Positions 53,001 through 64,000 of a stretch of 64,000 nucleotides of DNA are shown in pieces. The DNA lies in contig OZ316899.1 in the NCBI GenBank assembly GCA_973895155.1, positions 6,451,241-6,515,240 on the forward strand, read 5' to 3'. Under the pieces are notes generated by a model, which saw only the letters and a program-made list of their open reading frames with translations, did no database searches and was not told the DNA's origin. Within the stretch, counting starts at the first letter, position 1, and each line of letters starts with the position of its first letter. The DNA is from Marsupella aquatica. Lineage: Eukaryota > Plantae > Marchantiophyta. The translations under genes and the position numbers were made by a program.

Positions 53001-55030
53001 GGGGGAGTGAAACTTGATGTCCAAAGCTTGTTAAGCTCCATTGCTGCCTGAGTGGCGCAGATACCCATGTAGGCACATGTGGGCCACTAGCAGAAGCCAT
53101 ATACCTGTTGTCAAGAGCAGCCAGTTAGGACAAAACCCAGAAAAGAGCCTCAGGCCTAGCCCGTTTAAAAAGCTGCCTCCAAAAATGCACAAACTAATTC
53201 CATACTCAGTGCCCCCTATTATCAATCCGAGAAGGCACCGAGAGAAAAGGGTACTCCGTGAGAGGATCACCGGGGAGCAGACCCAAGCAGGACCAACTAG
53301 TTTCATACTAAGTTGCCCCCTGCTAATCAATCCGGCGGTCACAAATAGACAACATAGTTGAAGTGTACGGCTCAGATAGATATGAGGGGAAAACTTCTTA
53401 ATTAAAATAGTTTGGAGGGCAGTTACGCAGTTTTGTGCAGTTCTGGGTTAGTAGAAATCCGTGAAAGCATTTTCTCACTAATCTGACGTAGTATTTAGAG
53501 TTGTACGTGTCCTAGGGCTGTGCAACATACCTAGTGGAATACAATTAGAGACAACACATGAGTATCTGATGGACAAAAGAAACCAGTTTCCTCGACAGTT
53601 CAGCTTCCAATAGAATACTTAATTCAAAACCACTACTGACAACGAGGATATAAACTTCTTAAAGCATATGTCCTGCGAACTCGAGCAAAAGCAAACATGA
53701 CCAGTCTCAGGGACGACCTAAATTACAAGCAAGTCAAAAGAGTGCTTACAAAGCAGGGATTGCAGTAAAGAGCTGTTGGGGTGGCACATGACCACTCGAT
53801 CCCATGACTGCGGCCTCAAACGCAGGGGAGGTCGAGATTCCCACTCTTGCAACCTTTGCAGGCTTTTCACCATCTGCATGAAATCAAAACTTCCCATAAA
53901 CTGCCTATGTTCAACCAAGCATTCAAAAAGACGATGTCAAAACTGGTGATCCCGGGCAAAAGAGAGGAAAGTGAGAAATGTCACTAGAGTCCAGATCCAA
54001 TGCCGCAGCACAACCAGCACTCATTCCAAACCCTAGAATACACATGTAGGATTTACGAGATAGACCCCAAATGAGCAATTCGATGGAGCAGACGAAACTG
54101 GAGAAAAGTTGTGTTCAAATAAGGCAGGCTCCCTACCATCCATTTGATCTCCATCACGTGCTGCCAATATTTCGGGAGGAATGCCCTCCATGCCAAATAT
54201 TTCTAATTCCGCTGACTCCCTCTCCGGCTTCGCGTTGGGAACCCTGCATACAAAGTTTACGTCCGTAAAACTCCCCTCCGCAAAGGCGAAAGAAAATCGC
54301 TAGTATTGCATCACCACACCAAGATCATATCTCGAGCTCAGCTTTAAATATGGGGGAAGTCTCGAAGGTATCCAACGAGCATTATTTCAATCCAATTCTA
54401 AACCTTCCCCTCGGTTGACGATCCAGACAACTCGTCATTTTGGGCGGGCTTCTTCGGGGGCCCAGCATTAATGAGACAGGACGCGTAGATAAAGCAAAAG
54501 CGTGACTCAACTCCGTTTCTTTGCAAGTCAATATGTCGACGCTAAAAGACAGACATATCGTTAAACCGAACTCAATCACAACTTGTTGCTCCCATTCGTA
54601 CACAAAATATTGAAGGCATGATCGTGACTCTCAGATCCATAGCCAGACAATGTCAAGGTAAAGAATGAGGCAAAACTAAGATCAGAACAGGAGAACGAAA
54701 AATAGCCACAGTTAAACCCAAGGACGCTTCTATCAATCCCATAGGGAGGGCACAGCGTGATCTTCAAAATACGTAGAACTCATAACAGTAAAACCTAGAC
54801 AAAGGCATAGAATCAAATGGATGGAGCGAGCTGGCGCACTTTGTGATAGACTCTTTGTGCACTTGCAGCACATGTACCACCATTCCGCCGGCAGTAGAAA
54901 GCTTCTTGTGACACACATGACACTTGAAATGCTTGGCCTTTTGATGCTGGATTAGAATCTTCTCATCTTCAAACTCCCTTTCGCAGTAAAAGCACCACAC
55001 CTTGAAGGACTTCTTCTTCTTCTTCCCCAT
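44084..55030 (-). CDS. SUF4: SUPPRESSOR OF FRI 4 / ZNF207(BuGZ)-like C2H2 zinc-finger protein; exons 55030-54840, 54243-54137, 53873-53750, 53104-52659, 45118-44955, 44749-44696, 44161-44084
   Basis: [33 protein letters not shown]; [19 protein letters not shown]; repeated QPLFPI; [12 protein letters not shown]; [15 protein letters not shown]; [21 protein letters not shown]. All introns are GT-AG with compatible phases. Confidence 0.93.
45950..49300 (-). mobile_element. Heavily decayed L1-like LINE remnant inside the SUF4 intron
   Basis: Scattered degenerate motifs in the expected order on the minus strand: IVMGDL (~49120), KSRL (~48905), [13 protein letters not shown] (~48440, cf. LNADYKIL) and GCP (~47980). 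Confidence 0.4.
49343..49666 (+). pseudogene. XTH: Orphan C-terminal fragment of a xyloglucan endotransglucosylase/hydrolase (GH16 end + XET_C)
   Basis: Stop-free frame: [12 protein letters not shown]...[18 protein letters not shown]...NWWEG...[35 protein letters not shown]. No upstream DEIDFEFLG exon found. Confidence 0.8.
50752..50880 (+). other. Organellar insertion: degenerate LSU rRNA fragment (domain V/VI to sarcin-ricin loop), most like plant mitochondrial rrn26
   Basis: CCAATGAAAGAGGTACGTGAGTTGGGTTTA...ACAGTTCGGTTCCTAT...GAGAACTGCGGGAAGCCGACCCTAGTAC. Confidence 0.7.
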
Positions 55031-55679
55031 TACACTTGGTCCGAACTCCGCGACCGGTGCTGAAATTAAATTGCAACAGACCAAGAAATTACGTCCAGAA
55101 TACTGATTTAAACCTCATTCCCGAAAGAAATTCACGCAGCATGTCTCCAGCCTACTCAGTCGTTGCTTGTCGCGGTCCTCCAACTCGAGTCGTTACCGAC
55201 ACGCTGATCGAAAGGTACGTGGCAGAAACCTAAATTTTCTTTTGAAACGGCACCTAAAATTGGAAGTGATGTTGTTGGAGGGTGGATGAGCATGGCATGG
55301 CCGGAGCGCAGCTGTGCGTGGTACTAATGGCGGCCTTAGTTTCATTAGGGACCCCATTAGGGGTCTCTTGCAAATTCTCTGCCATGAGGTTGAGCTATAT
55401 CATCATAACTAATCACAAACAGGAATATCCTATTTTTAACAATAACAAATGTGCACATTTCTGTTTGTGACAAAAATAATCGTAATTTTTGGAGCGCCAT
55501 GTCATAAATACTAAACGTAAAAAAAACTAAAATACAAAGAAAGAGATGTCATTTAGTAAAACAAAGTTACCATTTTAATGTTTGTCAAAAATATATCAGT
55601 GTTTTATATCAAAATGTTTCTATTTTTTAATTGTTTACAAGTTTTAAAAAATCAATCGATAGAAATGTACATAATTAAA

Positions 55680-56210
55680 ACTCATTTGACTTCACATTGT
55701 AAAACTAAATAATAAATCTCCTTAGTACTTGATAAAATTTTCCAATGTTTGATTCATTGGAAAATTCAAGATCAAGATTTAGAAACTCGTGATATCTTTA
55801 GTAATGTCTTGACAAAATCTCTCAATGTCACTCATTGGAAAACTAGAGTAAAATTAAAAACTCATCATCTCCTTAGTACTTGACAAAATTTATCAATGTT
55901 AGGTTCATTGGAAAGCTAGAGAAATTTAGATACTCATGATCTTCCTATTTCTTGACAAATAATCTCAATGTCACACATTAGAAAGCAAAAAAGATTGAAA
56001 ACCTCCTGGTTTCTTGACCACCGTGACAAAATTTGACATAAAATTTGTAAATGTCAGACTCAATGTTAAAAAGCTAATAGAATTCATGAACTCATAATCA
56101 AAATTTCTTATACTAAAACTCATTGGAAAGGCAAAGATATTCAAAAACTCATATGGAACTTGACAAAATTTGTCAATTTGAGGCTCATTGGAAACCCTTT
56201 CTCGATTAAG
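55680..56210. repeat. AT-rich degenerate tandem repeats upstream of SUF4
   Basis: Recurrent CTTGACAAAATTT..CAATGT..TCATTGGAAA units. Confidence 0.7.
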
Positions 56211-56996
56211 AGATATCACAATCTCGTCACCGTCACAAACTTAGCCGCTACAAATTGATTTCTTTGATTACGTCACCATCGCTTGTCCACAATGCTTGCT
56301 TCCCGGCTTGAATTGTTCGCATCTCTTAGATAGTCTTCAACTCAAGCTCACTCTGAACACAGGTTGACGCCAAATGCAGCCTCTATGTCAAAGAAACAAT
56401 TATTGGTCTTCCCCTCACACCATAGCTTTCTTAAATAAAAATAACTACAAATCCTTTGTTTGAAGTGACGGCTTGTTCGTTTTGTGTAAACATTCTTCCC
56501 ACCAAATTGACAAGCACTCTTTTGCCAACAATTGAGTGTTGTGCTCTAGTCTGTCTTGTGACGATAATGCTCAATGTAACTCACAAACAATCAATCAAGA
56601 ATGGTTGAAAGATTATTTCTTCAATGTATAAGCAAAACCTATAAGAAAACTCAATTCCTCCACATTCAACCTTCCGTTTGATTAATCTCTATCTTTTGAG
56701 CATTTGTTTTTGTACGAGCACACACCAACACCATCGGGAGACTCAAAACCGTTAATTACCGCCTTGATGAAAATTGATTTCACTTAATCACACAAACATT
56801 CATTGGATGAACATGGGGGTCCACGGATTATTTTGGTGTCCTTTCTATTTCCTTTAAATCGCAAATAAATATATTTATAGTCCCAGTGACCCGGAGTTGG
56901 CATACCAACACGGGACTGGCGCTCATCCGCAACCCTCCAATAGCCACTCAAATTCATCTCACCCATTGAGTAAATCAGGTGATCTATGACTCAAAA

Positions 56997-59900
56997 CTAG
57001 CCCCATGCCCGTGCTTTGCACAAAAGACTTCGAGTGAGGGCAAGATTTCGAAGTGAGGGCAAGATGTCGAGGTGAGTGCAAGATTTGGAGGTGAGAGCAA
57101 GATTTCGAGGTGAGGGCAAGATGTTGAGGTGAGTGCAAGATTTGGAGGCGATAGGAAGATTTCGAGTGAGGGCAAGATGTCAAGGTGAGGGCAAGATGTC
57201 GAGGTGAGTGCAAGATTTGGAGGTGAGAGCAAGATGTCGAGTTGAGGGCAAGATTTGTAAGTGAGGGCAAGATGTCGAGGTGAGTGCAAGATTTGGAGGT
57301 GAGAGCAAGATGTCGACGTGAGGGCAAGATGTCGAAGTGAGAGCAGGATGTTGAGGTGAGGGCAACATGTTGAGATGAGAGCAAGTTAGATGTTGAGGTG
57401 AGGGCAACATGTTGAGATGAGAGCAAGTTAGTGTTGAGGTGAGGGTAAGATTTTGAGGCGAGGCAAACATGGTTGTGCATTGCAAACTTATAATTCAGGC
57501 AAAAAGTCAAAGAGATTAATACAAAAGTGATACAATATTTATTCAGGTGTTCAATAAAGAACCTCATCATATACAACATTTTTTGTCAACTTTGCTTGAC
57601 CCTCCTCGGAATCTGAAAGTAAAACCTTGATAGTTGTAGGTGATGTTGCCCTTGAGAATGCTACATACAACTGTCCATGACTAAATACAGGCTTTGAAAG
57701 TTGCAACCCCACATGTTCTAAAGTCTGACCTTGAGCCTTGTTTATGGTCATTGCATATGTCACTCGAATTGGAAATTGGACCCTACGTAATAAGAAAGAA
57801 AGTGACTCGTCAGAGGTCAACGGAATCCGTGGGATAAATGTAAGGGTCCCTACATGTTTTCCTGCAAGAACACGTGCCTCGATGACACGACGATTCATTG
57901 CTCTCACAATTAACCGATTACCATTACACAACCCCAAAGAGTGATCTATATTCCTAAGTAAAATGATAGGCATCGAACCTTCAGTACCAACTTATGAGGC
58001 GGCAGACCACTCGGCGTGGTGTATTCAAGAACTCCGTAGGGTAAAAATTTTCCCCTTTGAGCTGATCTGGACGATCAACGCTAAAAAACTCACTTGATTC
58101 CCCATAAAGCCCTTCTAAGATAGAGTCGTTAATTTTTAGTGCCTTGTCATTTATCGGCGCCAGAATAGTTGATAAGAGAGGAAGAAAATAGAAATCGATT
58201 GATAAGAGAGAAGACATGTTATCCAATGGATGTACTTCTACAACAACTTGCAGAGCAAGAGCCACACTTTTCAAAGTCCAACAATGTTTTACCCACACTT
58301 TTCAAAGCCTTATCCATCAAATGTAGAGAAAAACTCTATTGTTGTTGCTCCGTAGAATCTAAGAAGCCCATCAATTGCAAACGATACCTACAATCATCAC
58401 TCAAATTGGATGCATGTTGTGCCCATAGGTCGCACGGTTTGGCAACACCTCCAAACAACAATATTGTAATAAATAGTTGTCTTATTTGCGCATCAGTGTG
58501 CATGCTTGCCGCTTCTTGAAGGCATCTATCCCTCTCCTCATTGTTCTCATACAAACCCCGAGCAAAAGCCGCTGCTTGAAAGGTGGGGTATACATTGCCC
58601 TCAAAAGTGCGAAGGTTGATGAACAATGTTGCACCTTTGATGTGAAGAAGAAGCGTCCTCAAGTAGTACCGTTCACCCGTGGCTGGCAGCACAAAATACA
58701 TCCTGTCAATGCTAAACCCTCTTCTTCGTGGGTTCCATGCATGGGTTCCATGCACGGGAGGACGTATCCCATACAAACTCATGGGGGAAATTGTTGTAGA
58801 GAAGTTGTCTCGCACGTTATGCAAAGCATTAGCTCTGAACCACCCTGTCAGGGTTGTGTCCCTATGAGATTCTCGTTGAACCACATCATTGATGTCAGAA
58901 TCCTCATTGAACATTATAGATTGTTCCCCCTCACAATGAACTTGCAGGCGTTGTACCAAAGTAGTACTCTCAGACATTTCAAACTGGTTAATGCGCCATA
59001 CTCCCTCACCAGCAAACACATATCTAGCATCTAAGTGCTCCTTCACTTCATCTCGTTGCTCCACCTCCACCGTTGCTTTCTCGTGCCCTTTATAATAGTA
59101 CTTGTATAAATATTTGATTGCTTTAATGGAGCAACAAATCTCCACATTGATGCATTGAATCTCATGCTCAAATATGGACTATGAGGAACAACCCACCTAT
59201 TGTCAAACTTAAACCCGCTCTGGTCTTTTGAGAAATTGCGGCCATCATCCCGACATTGATACATGGGATACCCATCATCTCCAAAAACCGTTTTGGTTAA
59301 GAATGATCGTGGATAGCCCTTGCGTGCAGTCCGTCAACCATGCAAGGTGAGTTTGGATACCCATGACCGCATGGACCATGGACCATGGACTTCATAATAG
59401 TCTGATATAATTGTGGATGTACTCATGCATCAGGTATCTCTGCCAAAACCAATTGATCAACCAACTCCGAGGTGCACAACTTATGTCATTCCACCAATAT
59501 TATAAGAATGTGGGCATGCGGTAGACCCCTCTTTTGAAATCCAATGACATACATAGAGGCAATAGGTCTACCCAATACCCCTGCCAGAATATCCGCCAGC
59601 AGGCCCTTCAACTTAAGTTTGAACACTCTCGCCACAATGTCATCGCGGTCGGCCGGGGTCTGGTAGGGGAAGCACTCCACTCTAATTTCAGGCCATTCAG
59701 GATTGCATGTAAAAGTTGTGAAAAGGTCAGGAGGCCCGTACGTTCAAACAACTGCCATGGCATCTTGATAGGCCTGCATCATATGTCGTGCACTACCCCC
59801 ATATGTGGACGGTAAAATATAGGTCCTACCCACATTGCTTGCTTGTGCGTCCCTATCTTGAACTACATCTTGTAGCCCTTGATATAACTCGGTCCAAAGC

Positions 59901-60148
59901 TTTTTCTGATTGTTTCGAATGTATGTGAGGCGTGTTTGGTCTATACATGCATATGCATCAACGATAAATTGCTTGAATGAGCAATCTTCCTCCACGAAGC
60001 AACCATTCATCTTCCCGCCTTGCATGTAACATATACACATAGTATTGAAGTTGGGTCACCTTCTTAGAACCATTTTGTCCACCCCTGGCTCCTAGTTCAA
60101 CAGCCACAATGACCCCATTTTGGAATTCATGCCCCGCCAATGGGATGT
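56997..60148 (-). mobile_element. Decayed Helitron (Rep + PIF1 helicase) with an intact 3' terminus
   Basis: HUH motif FQKRGLPHAHIL; KYLYKYYYKG; helicase GLCNGNRL, QFPIRVTYAMTINKAQGQTL, FSHGQLYVAFSR; 3' end GTGCAAAGCACGGGCATGGGGCTAG followed by T. Confidence 0.93.
57030..57460. repeat. ~19-20-bp minisatellite (GAGGTGAGGGCAAGATGTC) in the Helitron 3' region
   Basis: About 20 degenerate units seen directly. Confidence 0.9.
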
Positions 60149-63100
60149 TGTGATGCCTAGCCAGGAATCATTAGGCCAGTTTAAATAGTAAAATCAGGAG
60201 TGTACCCTAGGAAACACCTTAGTATATATAGTAACAAAAATAGGGAAAATATAAACAATTAAGGGTGACTATGGAACCCGAGCCGAGGCCGAAAGTAAGG
60301 ACGTCGGGGGAGGGAACACGATTAGGGTTAGGGCGCGCTAAGTACCGGCGGCTATGGGTAACCAACGGGAAGAAAGACCAGCCAGGGGGGTAAGGACCGA
60401 TCGCAAGGAATGGCGGCTCATTTGCAAGCACGAGCCAAGCGGACGACTACGAGAGGCCAACTACTGTCCGTTGCTCAGGCAAGCACTCGGGGTGGAAGCA
60501 GATACCGACAATCAACTCAAGAAGGTATGAGCAACGTCAATCAAGCTGCTCATTTTTGGGGATGCCTGTTAGAACGGGCAACTGAGTAGATTGGGACCTA
60601 CAAGGACGAAGAATCGGAGAGAATGGCTCGAGAATGGCAGGAGCTCGCTTGGCTGTGGGAGCTGCAGAATTCTGCCTTCTTAGGAGGAGAACTCATTACG
60701 GCTGAATTCTTGTGGATGCCTACTGCCGACGAACTCGACGATCTTCTATTTTGTGAGAACAGAATAGTTGGCATCCGGGAGGCCATCAACCGCTGCAACG
60801 ACATACACTGGGAGTTGAAGGATAGCACAGAGGGGTGGATGAAGGCAACCATGCTAGGAGAAACATCCACGGTAGCCGCTATGAAGAGGAAAAGGAACAA
60901 CAATGAAGAAGCCACCCTTGCAAAAAGAACAAGGTCGGCGGCACCCAGGAAACCAGCAAAGCAGGGAAGCAAGAGGCAGGCGAAAGCCGAAGAGGAGGAG
61001 GTACGGTCGACCCCATCAATGTCGTTCCAACAAGAGATGACACCTAGAAAGGCTGGGCGGCGACCCTCCCCGAGGAGGTGCAATTACACTTTGCACGAGA
61101 AGAGGATGCATGCTTTACGGCTATGCAGACTCAAAAATACCAGGGCTTCATGGCCGGATCCGGCTTGGAAGCTTTGTAAAGTTACCATGGCTGAAGCCGG
61201 AGGTGTCAGATTCAAACTTACTAGAATTCATGGGATCATGGGAGCCAGAGACCAATTCCACAAGGGTGTATGGGAAGGATTTCTATCTCACTCCCCGGGT
61301 GATTGCCGAAGTGTTTGGCTTGCCGATGGGCAATAAGACCAAAGTAGATACTAGGAAGACCTTGCCAGACAAGGAGTTCTGGTCGTTTCCAGGGCCATCA
61401 ACAAAGAATGGCTTCTTCCGAAACACTTGCACAAACCCGCACATAGGAGAAATGATCAATTTCTTGCAGGTGACCATGCATTGCAACTTGCCGAGGGCAA
61501 AGATTGGCAAGGCACAGGTCTATCTGGCGGAGAGGCCAGACCGAAGCTGGGACTACAACGGGTACCTCCTCACCCAACTAAAGAAGATCTTGAAGGAGGA
61601 ACAGCTGGTGATCGGCATGGGAAGCGTGTCCCGGCTTGGCTATCATATACCGCTGTTGTGTTGGTATGCCCAAAGTCAGATATTCGCCCCGGTACTTCCC
61701 CTGTAGGCAAGAGCACCAGAGGAGGTTTCCGAACCGAGGCCGACAATAGAGAAACCGACCCAGCCCAACAGTCCTACAATCGAGCAGGTGTTTAGGCCGA
61801 GGAAGGAGGACTTGCCGATGCAACAACCCGGCATGCAGAATCTACTGAAATTGCTGGAGAAGGAAAGGAGAACGGCAACGACAACGGAACTGGTACAAAA
61901 TACTGCTCCCGAAGTTGGCCTTAGCCAACTTACCAGGGGAAACCCCTTTACCAGGGTCAAGGAGAGAAGGAGGCCGGAACACAAGCTGGGAGTCCGAATG
62001 TATGTAGGAGCTTCAAGTCCCAAAGCCGAGGAAAAGCAGCCCAAAGCTCCTGGTCGTGACAGGGAAAAGAAGATATCAACGTGGAAGCCGGAGGAACCAG
62101 GACCCGTGATCTGTGAGGCCGTGTTCACAGCAAGACCAGGACAGCAGCGGGGGGAGCCGGTAGTCCAAGCCGAGGAGGAGGCGGTAGAAGGCTACGACAA
62201 TGATGACTCCGGCTACGGGTCGGACCATCATGTTCCAGGAATAAGGACCTGTGGCAGGTTCATCCCCACGTACGCTTCCAAGAGTAGTTCGAGGGGACCC
62301 GACCCAGCAGAGCAGCCCCGAGTCTCCCCCACCAAATGTTATTCCCCCGAGCTTTGACGGCATAAAACAAACGGCACAGGAATTTCAGGAACGACTCAGG
62401 GAGGAAGAAGAGGACCCTAAACCCTAAACCCTGGCTAGGGAGAAAGATTTACCAGGAGAAGAATGGCCAGAGGACATCAGGTAGCTTGCAGAAAAACAAA
62501 GCAGCCCTCCAGCCACGATAGAAGAAATCCGCAAGGCGGCTTGGGAACAAAGGCCGCGGTGGATGATGCCTATGACTTCTACTCACTCCACCTATGCTAA
62601 AGAACAAGCCATGGAGTATGGGGAGATGTGTGGGGAACTTGCGCTCAGCATCTTTGGGGAGGAGTTGGAGCAGGGACCCTTTTTTCAGAGGGTTTCAGAC
62701 TTTGAACCCACAGCAGAAAGAGTAACAGCTGTGGTGGAATTAAAGCAAAAGTTAGTGGAGGCCCCAGTCATGATAGCACCAGACTGGAACAAGGATTTTC
62801 ATGTCTTCGTAGATGTCTCAGGCTTCTGTATCGGCTCAGTACTAAGTCGGTTAGATGAGAAAGGAAGGGACCATCCCATATACTTTGCAAGCCGCCAGCT
62901 TGCCGATGCCAAACGGAACTACTCCACCACAGAAAGAGAAGCTTTAGGAGTCATTTATTCATGTAAAAAGTTTCGGCATTATTTGCTAGGGTACAAAGTA
63001 ATCTTTCATACTAATCATGAAAGCTTGAAGTACCTAGTAAATAACCCGGACCTTATAGGCAGGGTAGCAAGATGGATTTTGTTATTACAGGAATTTGACT

Positions 63101-64000
63101 ACGAGCAAAAATCAAGTCGGGAAAGCTACACGCCAATGCCGACTTCTTTTCAAGGATCACAGGTAAACCTGCCACAGATTGCATCGATGACGATTTCCCG
63201 ACGAAGAGCTATTTGTTGTGAAAATAGCTGATACATGAGATTTTGCAATTTCTCAGCACGTCCAGATTACAGCCAGGGCTAACCCGAGAACAAGCCGCAG
63301 TCTTTCTGCGGAAGGTCAAACAGCTAGTATCAGTACATTAAGGGTGTGCTACACAGGTATGGAATCAGTGGCACGATTCAAAGGTGTTTGGAGAAGGGAG
63401 AGGTAAACGAGTCTTACGGGCTATGCATGGGGAGGAGGCCGGGAGACATTTTGCTCCAGTAACCACGTCTAAAAAGATATTAAATGCCGGTTACTGGTGG
63501 CCCACCTTGCACAAAGATGTCTATCAGTTTATCAAACAATGCGATCCTTGTCAACGAGCGGGAGGACCAAGGGCGTCCACAAGACATCCTCTGCACCCTA
63601 TTCTACCTCTTGCACCATTTGAGAAGTGGGGTATTGATTTCATGGAACCTCTGAAACCATTGACCCATCCTCGAAGAAACAAGTACATAATCTTGGCCAC
63701 GGATTATGCAACTAAGTGGGTAGAGGCCAGGCCGACGACGAAGGATGATGCAATTACTACGGCTCGATTCATATATGAGCAGATCTTCACCAGGTATGGA
63801 GCACCCCTAGAATTAGTTAGTGATAGAGGAACCCATTTTCTGAATGATATAATTAGTCATTTAAATGAGAGTTAGACATAGACCTACTACTCCTTACCAC
63901 CCAAAGGCAAATGGGTTGACAAAATGAGCCAATGGGATTATAGGAAAAATATTAAACAAGACTGTAGCTCAGAACAAACTCGATTGGGATGATAAATTGT
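60149..64000 (+). mobile_element. Gypsy-like LTR element (accessory ORF + RNaseH + integrase) inserted in the Helitron; runs off the window
   Basis: Begins TGTGATG at the Helitron break; RH FHVFVDVSG...HPIYFASR...NYSTTERE; INT GYWWPTL, CDPCQR, KWGIDFM, LVSDRGTHF. Confidence 0.8.

Noticed and set aside
57030-57460. Regular repeats resembling a CRISPR array, and ORFs 56959-57579
   Set aside because: Head-to-tail minisatellite without unique spacers in a eukaryotic Helitron; the ORFs are repeat artefacts.
62414-62432. CCCTAAA telomere-like repeats
   Set aside because: Only about 2.5 units; common telobox-like or chance occurrence.

Overview
Eukaryotic, intron-containing land-plant DNA, most likely a bryophyte (a liverwort is plausible). 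The window is dominated by nested, mostly decayed transposable elements. Two intact host genes can be reconstructed exon by exon, both on the minus strand. One is a RAB11/RABA GTPase (2 coding exons, 18115-19802). The other is a SUF4/ZNF207-type zinc-finger gene (7 coding exons, 44084-55030); its ~7.5-kb intron holds an L1 remnant, an orphan XTH exon and a mitochondrial-type LSU rRNA fragment. The most striking feature is a decayed Ty3/Gypsy LTR retrotransposon (5828-13400). Its polyprotein carries a complete DNMT3-like C5-cytosine methyltransferase in frame between protease and reverse transcriptase, and a PHD finger after the integrase. A second candidate system is a PIF/Harbinger transposase/Myb-like pair next to a long K/E-rich, ParB/Srx-like gene with five copies of a 21-bp palindrome. 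Other elements are an RTE-X-like LINE, a chromovirus and a solo LTR of its family, a Copia fragment, a Helitron, a probable CACTA end, two MITEs with 8-bp TSDs and an RT-less Gypsy-like element. All calls come from manual translation and motif recognition; no database searches were run.
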